Source: Magallana gigas
Lineage: Eukaryota
NCBI RefSeq assembly: GCF_963853765.1
Contig: NC_088858.1
Span: forward strand, 19,654,001 to 19,718,000
Direction: 5' to 3'
DNA: 64,000 bases
Part shown: piece by piece, positions 26,761-39,100 of the stretch
How the letters are laid out: each line of letters starts with the position of its first letter
How positions within the stretch are numbered: the stretch's first letter is position 1
Notes under the pieces: generated by a model
Told to the model about the DNA's origin: nothing
The model's input: the letters and a program-made list of their open reading frames with translations, nothing else
The model's database searches: none
Program-made: the position numbers and the translations under genes

Positions 26761-27640
26761 CAATAATAAAAATTACAAAAACTTACTGAAGAATCCAATT
26801 AATTCCTAGGGGCTACTACAATTTGGTGTAAAAATATGATTTTGTAGGAAACACATTTATATTTTATCTTCAATGATTCAAAATAATTGTTTATGGGGAT
26901 GATAATTCATTGGTAAGAGTGAAATCTAAAAAACATTGGTCTCGAACAAACAACAACAATTCAACAGATTGAAGTAATTCATACTTCATAAATTTATTGC
27001 CATTTGCATGATAAAACATTTAGTTTTTATGGCAAAAGATCATAAAAATTCAGTAGTGTTTCTAATAATGTTGTACGTGGAAAAAAGAGAATCCCTTTGA
27101 CAGCTTCAAAATTATGACTAACAAATTTGAAGATTTAGCCATACTAATATGAAAATCAAGGAACCATATTTCTATGCATTACCAAGTAATTTACTCCTTC
27201 AAAAAATCTAGAACAGTTGCCAATAGTATGATTTGATGTACATTAATTGTCAATGAGCACAATTCAGTCTGAGGGTAATGACAAACTAATGATCACCCCT
27301 CAGAATCAAACTGGGCATTCATAATTTACCTAAGTATGTAGGGTCTTCAATTATCATGCAGCTGAGATAAAATATTAATCATAATACCGCTGAAAAAATA
27401 AGTTAATAAATCTATACTGATAATGATACAGTGAAACCTGTCTGCATCTATATCCTCTTCTTAACTATCCATTCTAAAAACAATTCTGATTTTTAAGATT
27501 TATCAGGAGTTCATGCGCATGCATTTCATTAATTTTAACATCGTCACATCGAACAATCTGACCATTCTGACTTCCTTCCAAAAGCACATTGATAAAGACT
27601 GGTTTCACTGCATCGAAAAATAAACTAAACTTGGCCATCA

Positions 27641-30600
27641 TTAACTTGGTAACTTGTACCTAAACAACCAAGAGTACATCAGCTGTATCCACAGACATAA
27701 TTCATAGACACTGATTTTGAATAGCTGCCATGAGGTAGCAAACTGAACTCTCATTCGATTGGTCCAGGAATGACACTGTCTGTATTGGTCCTCTCCAACC
27801 GCGCGAACACAGCACCTTGACATGTTGAGGAAAGATGTGGCATTTGGTTGAATGTTCAATGCATACTCGATCCCACGTAGAACATCATTGGTCTTGAGAA
27901 TAAGAAGCATTTCTCTAGGAATCTTGTTGAGTATTTCAGATATTTGTATTAGGTAGTTGGCAGCATTGTCTTTGATTTCATTACTCTGTCCATTAGAAAA
28001 AATAAACAATTAGGAGTTGTATAATCTAAAAACCCAACATATTGCTTCATTAAGGGGATGGGTACCATACATTATGGCATTTTTACATCTATTAGACTGA
28101 AAACTAGCTAGTTCATAACATAAATTGAGGATGAATATCCTAAAAGAATTTGACCCCTAAAACTTATATCTCCTGTGACTGCTGTGTATATTATTTTTAA
28201 GTGTAGCTCATTTGATTGAATAGCTGCTGGTTTGTAGCTCTAAGGCTGAAAAAATTTAGAAGCTACATTTAAATAGTTGCAATTTATGGCTAAAAAAAAT
28301 TGAGCTACTTTTGGACTGAATAACTTTAATTCCACACAAATTCTGTGAAAAAATTACCGGTAGTACCATTAAATTCTTCGGGCAATTTACTACTGTTATT
28401 ATCACAGCTTTACAATGTACTTGCCTCAACACTTTCTCTTAAATTAAACATGCAAACCGACCTCGAAATGAAGTAAGGTAAGTTCATGTGCAGATCGACA
28501 GTTGCCATTTTTAAACATAAACAAATACACCACTTCACTTTACAGGGCTGATGATGGTGATGGTGTTTAATAGAATATCAGAACAAAGAAAAGTGACGAT
28601 AAAGGAATTAAAATGTCCATGAATTTTTTTTGGAATCAAATATTTGTATAAATGTGTTAAAAAACAAGATTTATCTGTGCAAAACATAAATGCAACTTTG
28701 TACAGAATATGTTCGGAAATGAGATTAATCAGTCCAAAACTAGCACAATTTTTTGTGCGCCGTAAATTGCAGTTTTTTACTATGGGAGGCACTGAAGCTC
28801 CCAAGTCGTCCATCCAGATTTTTTCAGACCAGGAGCTACAGACCTGCAGCTAGTGATCTGCATAATGTCAAATTCCATATTAAAGATCCTTCCAACCTAG
28901 CTGGGACTATATGGGGTGAATTATTATTGATAATGTACCTCAGATTGTGTAATCTCTGTCTTGTCTATTCCACTGGTGATAGCATTCCATGAGCGAGCCG
29001 TTATCATGCATGCAAACAGTCCATACATGTCGCCACAGTTCAGCTCTGTGGCATACTTTTTAATGCCCTCTAGGTCTGCATTGATAAGAGACATCCACAG
29101 CTTACTGTAGCTGACACGAAATGTATCGGTCAATGACTATAGGAAAAGAACAGACTTATTCAATTAATGTTATACAAAAAGTTAGAAGGGTGTTTCAAAA
29201 GTATTTAATTACAATAGTGTATTACCGATAATTCTAATTGGCTGACTCTGGTGACCTGAAGACCATATTATATTTTACATGTACATGTATATCTGTCAAT
29301 ATCAAATCTTTACCTGGACACAAGGACACATAAGCTTTGTTACATTTGTTAAGGTCTTGTCTATACCAGTCAACATTATGATGATTCATTTATACTTTTC
29401 ATATACATGTACATACAACTAAAATCTTGAAGATATACATGTTGTTTGCACATGTAACTGTATAGATCTACAGTGCTGACAGTTCAAACTGTAACATGCA
29501 CAAATACATTACATGTTCATGTACATGTATTACATACGTAACCAAATTCTTCATTTTTTAAAATTTTGTATTGTAGCATCATAATGATAAGTGAAAATGA
29601 TGCAGTGGAAAACATTACAATGGGTGTGAGGGGCACAACATCGAATCCAAGGTATACTTAAAAATATAATTTCAATACCACTTGAAATTACCTGAAGCTA
29701 AAGAGAATTGATGAAAATAATATCAACAGTTATACCTGATACAATCCATGATCCAGAAGGACTATTTGAGTTCCCTCATCAGTTTTGTTGACCAGGACGT
29801 TGCCGGGATGGGGGTCACAATGAACATAGCCCTGGACAAATATCATCTCGCTGTACAGCTTCCCCAAGTTCTTTGTGACCTGGATAATCATAGAAAATCT
29901 ATTGTCTAAACAAGGTTAATTCTATGTTAGACATAACCCGAGTTTCAGAAGCAAACAAAATCCTTCTTTTTAAGAAATAGCAAAATTCACTTTGGTTTTT
30001 ACTATATAAACTTTTGTTAAAATCTTTGTTTGCTTAACCTCCTTCCACCCTTATAGATTTTTATTTTCAATTTTAAGGCAAAGTTAAACATATATTAAAT
30101 TTTAGATGATATTGCCATTTAAATGAATACATGTACCAATTTTGGTGTTACAAGTGCTGTAAGAGTTATCTCCCTTTCTAAAGCAATGAATTACAAAGTA
30201 CATGTATCCGCCATCCATTTTTTCTCATGCACCTTTATTGATTCTGTTACCTCATTGACATTTATTCCATGTTTCTCCATATACGCTTTGTCATCCACTT
30301 TTCCTCCCTCACAGAATTCCATGGTCAGCACCCTCTCCGAGGACAGATCCCAATGAATCTTGGGAACTTTCAGGAAGCTAAAGTGTTTAAAAAGTCTCTC
30401 AACCCTCTCACAGTTTCTCCCCTCGTGGAGAAAGTCAAGCTCTAGTGGAAGATTCCTCTTTGTTTCTTCAGCAAGCCACATATACTGGAAACCTGGGAAA
30501 ACCCAGGCAATGCAGTGAACCAAAAGCTGCAAGACCAATTGGAGCAATCACTTTAAAAAATTTACCCTAGATTGCAATTTGCATAATTTTTTAGATATTT

Positions 30601-32014
30601 TGATTCTTCATGTATAAATTTAGTTACGAGAATAACACCAGGAATTCACTCTCCATATTTATTACCTCCATAGTTTTTATGTCCACAAAGGAATGGCTTT
30701 TGACTTGTGGGTGTTGTATTTTGACAGCCACCACTGTTCCATCTTTGAGTGTTGCCTTGTGAACCTGGGCCAGCGAGGCAGCTCCAAGTGGCTCCTTCTC
30801 AAAACTATCAAAAACATCTTCCACCTAATGACAATACACAAGTCAACTTAAATCTAGTACATCCTAGAGGACTTTTGTAATATATTTAGACCTGTACTAG
30901 GACAAGAATATATTTACAGCACAAATGCAAAAACATATATTTATTATACCTGTACTTCATGAAAAATTCATATTTTCGAAAAAATAAATTTTTGGATTTG
31001 CATATTTCTGGAACAAATTTAGTAGTGAACAAAAAATGTTTCATACGGGTATTTATTTTACATTATGAGACAAGTTATCAAATTTTGTAAATTATCTTTG
31101 TGCAAAGTTACCTTCATTTTCAAATCTTCCTCAAAAACACCTTTCAGTTCATCTACGTTGGACTGTGGTGCTTTATTATGCAAAACCTTCATAGTCTCCA
31201 CATATTCCTTTGGAAGCAAGTACTCCAAGGACCCAACATGCTGTCCTACTTTGATAAAAGCTCCACCATTCATACAGCACATATCTCTCAATTGCAATGC
31301 TGACCGCAAGTGAATCTAACAAGGCGCAAGTGGTCAAATTATAAATTCAATATTTTGCTTATTTAGGTTTAATGTTAAAAACAATCTATTGCTGTAAAGC
31401 AACAAACAAATAAGAATCTGAATGTTAATGAAGAACTGGCTGTCTCAGAAAAAAAAGATTTAATGTACATTAAAATAAATGCAATACCTAACATTTCTTA
31501 CCTCAGATTTTAGTTTTTGATACTCTGGAGAATCATAATTCACGCCTCGGAGGTTAATCTTGTAATCTGCAACAAGCCTCACTGCCTGGAAAGATGAACA
31601 TTCAAAATCTTATGTATACAGTATTAACCATGTCCTTGTCAGTTCCAGATTCAACAGCACTTGTGACGAGGTTAAAGTGTCTAATTAAGGTTAAAGGTAT
31701 CTAATAAGTATTCTTAACTTTCCCTAAGATCTTCTGATTTATACTGGAGAAGTGAGGCAGTGGTGGTGGCACGGCAAGAGGTTGGGTTGGTTTAAATGTG
31801 CAATGGTAAATTTTTTTATTTTTTTTTAAGAAACATGGGGCATTGTCATACATATGTAAATAGCAATACATACTGCCCATGCTGCTCGACCAAATCGGAC
31901 CACACCTATGGTTGACACGTCCCAGTCATTCTTCTGCAGGAGATAGCCAGTTGTACCCACAGCTCCTAACAGTCCTCCATATTTTGTTATCTTCCACAGT
32001 CGTTTAAACACCAT
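27641..32014 (-). CDS. ADCK1: aarF domain-containing kinase 1 (about 516 aa)
   Basis: Exons 32014-31874, 31585-31502, 31315-31112, 30824-30666, 30526-30251, 29879-29736, 29136-28939 and 27985-27641 (1551 nt, in frame). Motifs GGAFIKVGQH, PLGAASLAQVHKA, VAVKIQHP, LPLELDF, HCDPHPGN, LLDHGLY. Confidence 0.96.
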
Positions 32015-32204
32015 CTTAACTGTCAAAGAGAGAATAATAGAGCGTTAAAGCTTATGAAGTACATGTACTTAGAACCGAGAATTATCATGGATTTTTAAGA
32101 CGAATCATAATCAATAGAATAAACTCCTGTCAGTACTTCAGAACTTTGATTATCTGACAAAGCATGAGATCATTTAGAATATTAAAAAACATTACTTTAA
32201 CAGA

Positions 32205-32535
32205 ACCCATATGGTATTGGTTATTCCTCAGTTTAAAAAACAGAGCTCTTCTGACTGAGCTGAATGTTTAACCCACCAGCTAGTGCTAGTAAAAGTGAGG
32301 CTGTACTGAGCTTATATTCACACTTTCCCCCCATTTTTATTAGATTTCTATCCCTCATAATATAGCTCACACGAGATTCTTCAATCCACTCAACTTTAGT
32401 TATATTTTTGGCACCAATATAATAGAATCGGGGGAATGACCACAGTAGGATTGAACTTGGGACCCTTCAGTTTAAAAACCAACACTTTACCGACTGAGTT
32501 AAATTTTAACCCACTAGCTAGTGCTAGTAGGAGTA
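32205..32535 (-). pseudogene. Two tandem degenerate tRNA-Lys(TTT)-like sequences
   Basis: Reverse complement of 32440-32505 reads taactcagtcggtaaagtgttggtttttaaactgaagggtcccaagttcaatcc, similar to tRNA-Lys but without an intact acceptor stem. A more decayed copy lies about 240 bp to the left with the same flank (taacccac.agctagtgctagt). Confidence 0.5.
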
Positions 32536-34849
32536 TGGCTTTGATAGAATGCCAGTAATCTTACTGTAACTACGCTTAAACCAGGTCCATAGGACATCTG
32601 TCATTCTAATAACAACAGAACATTCTATCTAGGTAGGGAGTGTGAGCATTACTTTTATAAACAAAGAAGATTGGCATCTGATCATATTTACTACAAACCT
32701 GCTTAATGGCTATATCACAGGGGTTCATGATAAGCCCCTGCATGTCGCTAAATGTACAGTAGAAAGATAATCTTACCATGACCAGGCTATGCTCGGGTCA
32801 TTGTAAGAATTCATGTCATATACTTGCAATGTAGCAGCTGTGAAGCTGATCTGCTTCACATAGATTTTCTTTTTAAATAATCTGCAGGGAAAAACCGCTT
32901 AAATATACATTATAAACCTTCTTGAACATGTGTATGTAGTTAAGTCCACAAATTATCCATTTAATGGGTCACACCAACATGACAAAGGCATTTACACTAT
33001 TTCGATGTTTGAATTTGCTTGTGTTTTGCCGGAAATTCCATACAGAAAATTTTATCACTAATATGGCAACTGTAAACAGCGAATTTTCAAAAGTGATGCA
33101 ACAGTAAATGGGACAATAAAAGAGCAACAATGGAGGAAATATTTTGGACCAATCATATGAAAATTTAGGCAAGATACAATGCCATTTTTTTTTCATTTGC
33201 TACAAAGTGGGTATAGGGGACTATTTCTATTGTTAAACCGGGTCTGTAGGACATCTGTCATTTAAATCATAGAACATTCTTATGTTCTATCTACGTGTAC
33301 AGATATTTTAAAAGAGTAATCACAAACAGTAGTCAAAAGATCGCAAAATATTTGTTGAATCATTGATCACAAATCCTCTCAGTCATCTTTTGATTGTAAA
33401 AGTTTTTATAAATGTGTTATTCATTTTTAAATGTTAATAAATACCTTAAAATCCGAATTTACTCTATAACAAAATGCATGAAGTGTAAATCTATTTAACA
33501 TCTGAAGCTTTTCTTTAAAAAATGAGATGTATATTAAATCACAGGAACTAAAACATCAAAATTACTAATACATACACCCTAATGGTCCTTTGCATTCCAG
33601 TCACTTACCCAACTGTTGCTTACATAAACTGACATTTGGAGGGCGTAGAAGAAATTAGACAAGTTAATTCTTTGTTATTCCGTTGAACATATTCTCAACG
33701 GAGACGAAATGTTAAAAAAATATTTAATTCTTCTCTAAGTTCGTGATTTTTATAAGTTTATATTAAATCATTGATTTAATGAACTTCTTAAAATATGATA
33801 TTTTATGAAAGTATTTGTCGAAAAACTTTTGCACGACTTATTTCGAATTGTTGGCATCTCGCCCCTAAGACAATTCGTCCCCTTGTGCACAGAAAAATGA
33901 AAGTTTGGACAGAACAGAATATTTAATTTTTTTTATCTAGAGCCCATAATATACAAATAAAAAATACAATTAGAGGAAAAGATGGATAATATATACATGT
34001 ATAGTATACATAATTTTCTTGTAACAAACCTCTTTCAAGTTAGATTATTGATATGATTATTCACCAATCATTCAAGAACCCGGGGGGGGGGGGGGTAATG
34101 CATTAAAATGTATTTAATTACTTATAAGATATTATTTGTAATAAATTTTTCCACAAAATTGATTGCCTTTGTCTTTAGTGATAATTAAGTAACCAAAAAA
34201 AGTTCAGTGTTCATATCTGAAAAATTTGTATTGAGCTTTCAATATACGTCCATTTGAAAAAGGTAGAACACTCTTAGTTTATGATATCGCCTAAAATATT
34301 GTGCTTTCAAAAATTATAAACAATAACAATATTTAATTACAGTATATATCTCTAAAGGAATACAAATAACACAATAACCTGATTGAAATAGTCCCTATAT
34401 ATATTATCTGAAAGGACATTAATGAATATTCGGGTTTTGTGAGGAGCAAGTTTTGAAAATGAACCACCTTAATAAAAATAAAATATTTTTGTCGACAGGT
34501 TTAAAAAATTTTACATTAAATTCATTTAAATTCAAACACACATTCGTATACAGTTTCATAAGTATGCTGAAAAGATATAAACCGATGATTATGATTACAA
34601 CTCTGACGGTTTTGAAGAGCCATAATCAGATTTATTTATGTAGCTCGAAAGAATGATATTTTAAGAAGATGGGGGAATAAGATGGCGCAAATGCCCATTC
34701 GGTTTAGTAGTGAAATACAATTTTGAATTTATTTTCCCCCAATTAAATCTATTCAAATATATTATAATACAACTTTGCAAAAGCAAAATTTCTAACTATA
34801 GTCAGTTTTTAATATATTTAACAAAAAATAAGAAAAAAAATATTGTCGG

Positions 34850-35180
34850 AAATTTTGGTGGTATCGAACCCGTAACATAAAAACCCTAGATATATAAGGT
34901 TAGCTTATGACAGGTACTCTAATCACTGAGCCATTTCAGACACAACAAAGTGGGCTTTTTAAATATTATGTGTGACTAGGGCTACGAACTACCCCTCTTG
35001 TATTATTTTTTCAAAACATTCAATTGTTGGGATAGAAAATATTTTTTGAGTATAGTGGGTCATCTCTCCACGTTTTTGTTGATTGAAATCGGTTTGTTTT
35101 CCAATAGACCTTAATTAGACTATGAGAAATATATGGAGCACAGACCCACTCTATAAAAGAAAATACCTTGAAGTTCTAAA
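34850..35180. mobile_element. Partial Kolobok-like element with tRNA-like cassette
   Basis: Minus-strand A-box tggctcagtga and B-box gggttcgatacc at about 34855-34945, followed by gtgggtcatct...cagacccact sequence. TIRs were not resolved. Confidence 0.4.
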
Positions 35181-36184
35181 AAAAAAATGACAGTATTTGC
35201 AGGTTTTGATACGTATACGCCTGTTTGAGTCAACATATTCCAAGTATTGAACATACCTTTAGGTTAAAAATCAATGATTCGTTAAATATATATTGTTTTA
35301 AATGATTTTTTAAAAACCCATTAGATTTATTGATACTTTAATTTTTCAGTAGCCTGTCCGACCGCGTATGGGCATTTTACACGCCTTATCCACCCATCTT
35401 CTTATTTTAAACTCGCTGGACAGCTAGTAGAAATCAAATCAATATATGTTAACATTAGAATACTGAATATATGGTAATTTTCCTAACTGTATTAATTTTA
35501 TGAATGGTGGTTGCCGTGTTCGATAGAAATTCGCGTTAAATGTTTGTTTATTTTGCCTACACACGGAACATACCCGCTTTGTAAATATAGTCGTCTACGT
35601 ACATGAAATGTGTCGATATTTAAATATACGACTCTTCAGGCGTTACGGGTATTAAAAATGAACAAAAAAAATGATAAATTTGAGTTCAAATCGTGTCCAA
35701 GTCCCTAAATTTAAACAGAGGTCAATAATTATTCATTTTTCTAATCTTATGTCCAAAATTATGACAAATCCGTGATCATGGATGCTATTTAACTAACAGA
35801 ATATCAAGGCTTTTTTTTTTTTTTTTTAAAGAAAAAGCACGTCTCGTTCATAAACTGACATAAGCCAGGGACGTATATACGTCCCTGCATAAGCGTAATA
35901 TTTTTTAATTTTTTTTTTTTTTTTTTTAATTTCGGAGTTTTCCCTTATGTTTTTTTAAATCAATCATTTTAATCATTTCAATTATGGAGTCATCGATAAA
36001 AAATATTCATAAAACATGGCATGGTCAGTCTTAATATGGATTTTTTACAATGTGGATAAAGAAAGGGGGCGAGTTGTCTTGGAAGCGAATTACCACGGTT
36101 CCAAACATTCCCTTCGTAATTCCTTTGATGATTCATCTATAACTGGTAAGCAACCGAGGTGTTCCGATTGAAAATAAAATCAAG

Positions 36185-39100
36185 ATGGCGATGAAATTGT
36201 CTGAGTGAGTGAAAAATTAAATCTTTTTTGCTGCTTATAATTGATTTTACATAATACATCATGTGATAAAAATTATTAATTGTATATTATCATCACAAGG
36301 TTGTAAATGTCTAAAACTGAAGAATCCAAATAATGTAGTAAATGACATGTGTACACTTCCCTTCACTGTTCAGCATGTTCAGTAGAATCAGTGCTATAAA
36401 CAAAAGGTCAATTAATTTTTACATCTGTGTGAAATGTGTTCGGAAGCCCTATCACAAAATAATTCATGTTGAATTTTCAACCTAAATTAAAAGTTATCCA
36501 TTCTGTATTAACTTTTGAGAAGTGTCAGTGGACAGGCATAGTCCTCATCCTTCATGAACATGACGAAGGCTGTGCCTGTTAACTTCTTGAAACAGAATAA
36601 TCGACTCTGCTGAAAATGATAAATTGCCCTGTGTGTATTAAATCACCAGCGAGTAATGTTTGTTTTCACCTTATTCCTTTCCTGATAACTGCTGTACAGC
36701 CGGTGCTGCTCTTTTTGTGGGGCAAATCAATACTGGATTGACTGATTTATTCTCACCAATAGCCATTTCTCACCTTTGCAATCAAAATGTCACATACACA
36801 AACTTATGTGGTCATATGGCAAGAATTGAGATACTTGATGAGAATCGGGTCTTGCTAAGGCATTTGTAGTTTCATATTAGTTTGACAAATTTTAGTTGAT
36901 AACTTGATAGATAACTAATGAGTAATGACATTAATCAAACAATTGCAGTTGCATCATATTTCACAAAACTAGTACCGGTATGTCAATTTCTTTTTGAAAA
37001 GCACTATGCAGATTAAGTAAAATAGGGTTATAATTGTTCCAACGTAGAATTCTGAACGTTGTTCTGACATTACATTTAGGTTGAAAACATGTTACATACC
37101 ATTAAATCAATACATGTACCGGTACATGTTTTAAATAACTGACTGTTGTAAAAAAGTTTATTAATGATGTTTTTAACTCCATAACATTTAGCAGGAACAT
37201 TGGATGCTTTGCTTGGGTTACTTATATCTTCTTCTTTTTTTTATTCAGCATATTGCCGGCTCCAAGCCAGCATGTGTTTGATAGAGAGGATGATGAGCAA
37301 CAACAGAGGAGTCAGACACAGGTACAGCCATATCGGCACCAAATAAAAAATTAAGGATTTATTTTTTTTCACTACCAAATGAGAGTGATATAAAACAAAT
37401 TTTAATCTGAATTTATCATAACAAATTACAATTATTCAAGAATTATAAAAACTTAAAGACATGTTATGTTATCATTTAAATGTTAAAATTCTTTCTTTTA
37501 ATTCATGAAACATTTCATGCATAAGCAAATCAAGATGTCTTTTTTTGTGTTTTAGCAGTTGAATGTGGAATTTTTTAAATTAAAAATTGGGATATATCTA
37601 GCATGTTTTGCATTGACATTAGAACTGTGTTCAGGGCCATTCATATAGGAGGGGGGAAAGGGCTGATTTATTTTCATATCATGTATTTTTTTTTAAAATG
37701 TAACTTAGCCTGTTCTGTCATAAACTATTCAGATGATGCCAGTAATGAGCAGAAGAACAGCTCCACCTTATGGTCACAGAAAAGGATGGGTGCCAAGAAC
37801 ACAGGATGTAAGTTTAGATGAATCTCCATCATAATCTTGTTAACATTCAAAGACCTAACTTTCCATGATTTCCTATCATATGCATGCTTGTTTAATACCT
37901 CACATAGAAGAAATTCTTTAATAGTTTTCTGATTCAGTAGCATTTTTCTGTTTTGAAATGACAGGATTTTGGAGATGGAGGGGCTTTTCCAGAGGTTCCC
38001 GTCGCACAGTTTCCCCTAGGAATGGGACAAAAGAAGTCCACATCCAATGCACTGGCAGTACAGCTAGACAGCAGTGGGAAAATCAAGTATGACGCCATTG
38101 CCAGATATGGTCATGGAAAAGACAAGGTAAAGAGCATTGATAATTTAAAATACTACGTTGAAGGGACTTCTGTAAATTTTAGCAGGCATGTGCATTATTA
38201 TACAGTTTGGTTTCATTGTCAACACTTAACATAGTCATTATTTTTTGTTTTGATGACTGACTAATTTGGCAAGCATCATTCATGGGGTCCTATGGAGTTG
38301 AAGCCCTCTTCCACTAAAAGTGAAATTGGGAGAGAACCACATTATTGTAGATAATGACTTACTTTTTCATGAAAAATGTCAATGAAAATCAAAATTAACA
38401 ACCCTTGATAAATTTATAATCACAAGATACATTTACAGATGAAACAATAAAGTGTAATCTGTAGTTCCCCATGCCTTAGAATTTATCTAAAACTAAAGCC
38501 TTCATTGTGGCAAACATATCAGGGCTCTAGGAGAAATGTAGCTGGCAAGACAAGCTGCCTCCCTCACAGAATGACAAGATCCATGGATTTGAATAGCAGA
38601 AAGTAAAAAATAGAAAAATTGTAATTAAAGTAACTTAATTACCTGCACTGGGCATGGAAATACAATGTAATAAGAAACACCTAGATGGAAATACCAATGA
38701 TATTAATCGCTACAAAGTAAGTAAAAGTTACGTATATAAATACTTTATATGATGGTGTATTCTCTTCTGTTAGGTTGTTCACTCCAAATTTCAAGACTTG
38801 GTACCTAAGCAAATTGATGAGGATGATCCAGACATGCAGATTCCAGATGAAGAAGCAGTGATGGACACCACTGAGAAAACTAGGCAGGCCCTAGAAAAAC
38901 TTGTCTCCACTAAGATATCAGCAGCTCTGCCGGTCCGGGCAGCTGAAAAGCAAGCCCCAGCCCAGTATATCAGGTAAAAGTCAAGAGAAACATATTTTTT
39001 GTGTAATAAGAAAAGAACTGGATGTGTAAGCTATAATTTGGAAATATATGTTTTGAAAATATACGTAAAAGATATAGTTAGTAGACTTGGAAATATTTTG

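Noticed and set aside
28644-28992. Nested antisense ORFs in an ADCK1 intron
   Set aside because: Short, no recognisable domain, and no consistent splice chain.
38280-38600. Further H/ACA snoRNA candidates in SNW1 intron 4
   Set aside because: Short stems and ACA triplets are present, but the pocket-to-box spacing does not fit the 14-16 nt rule and chance occurrence is likely.
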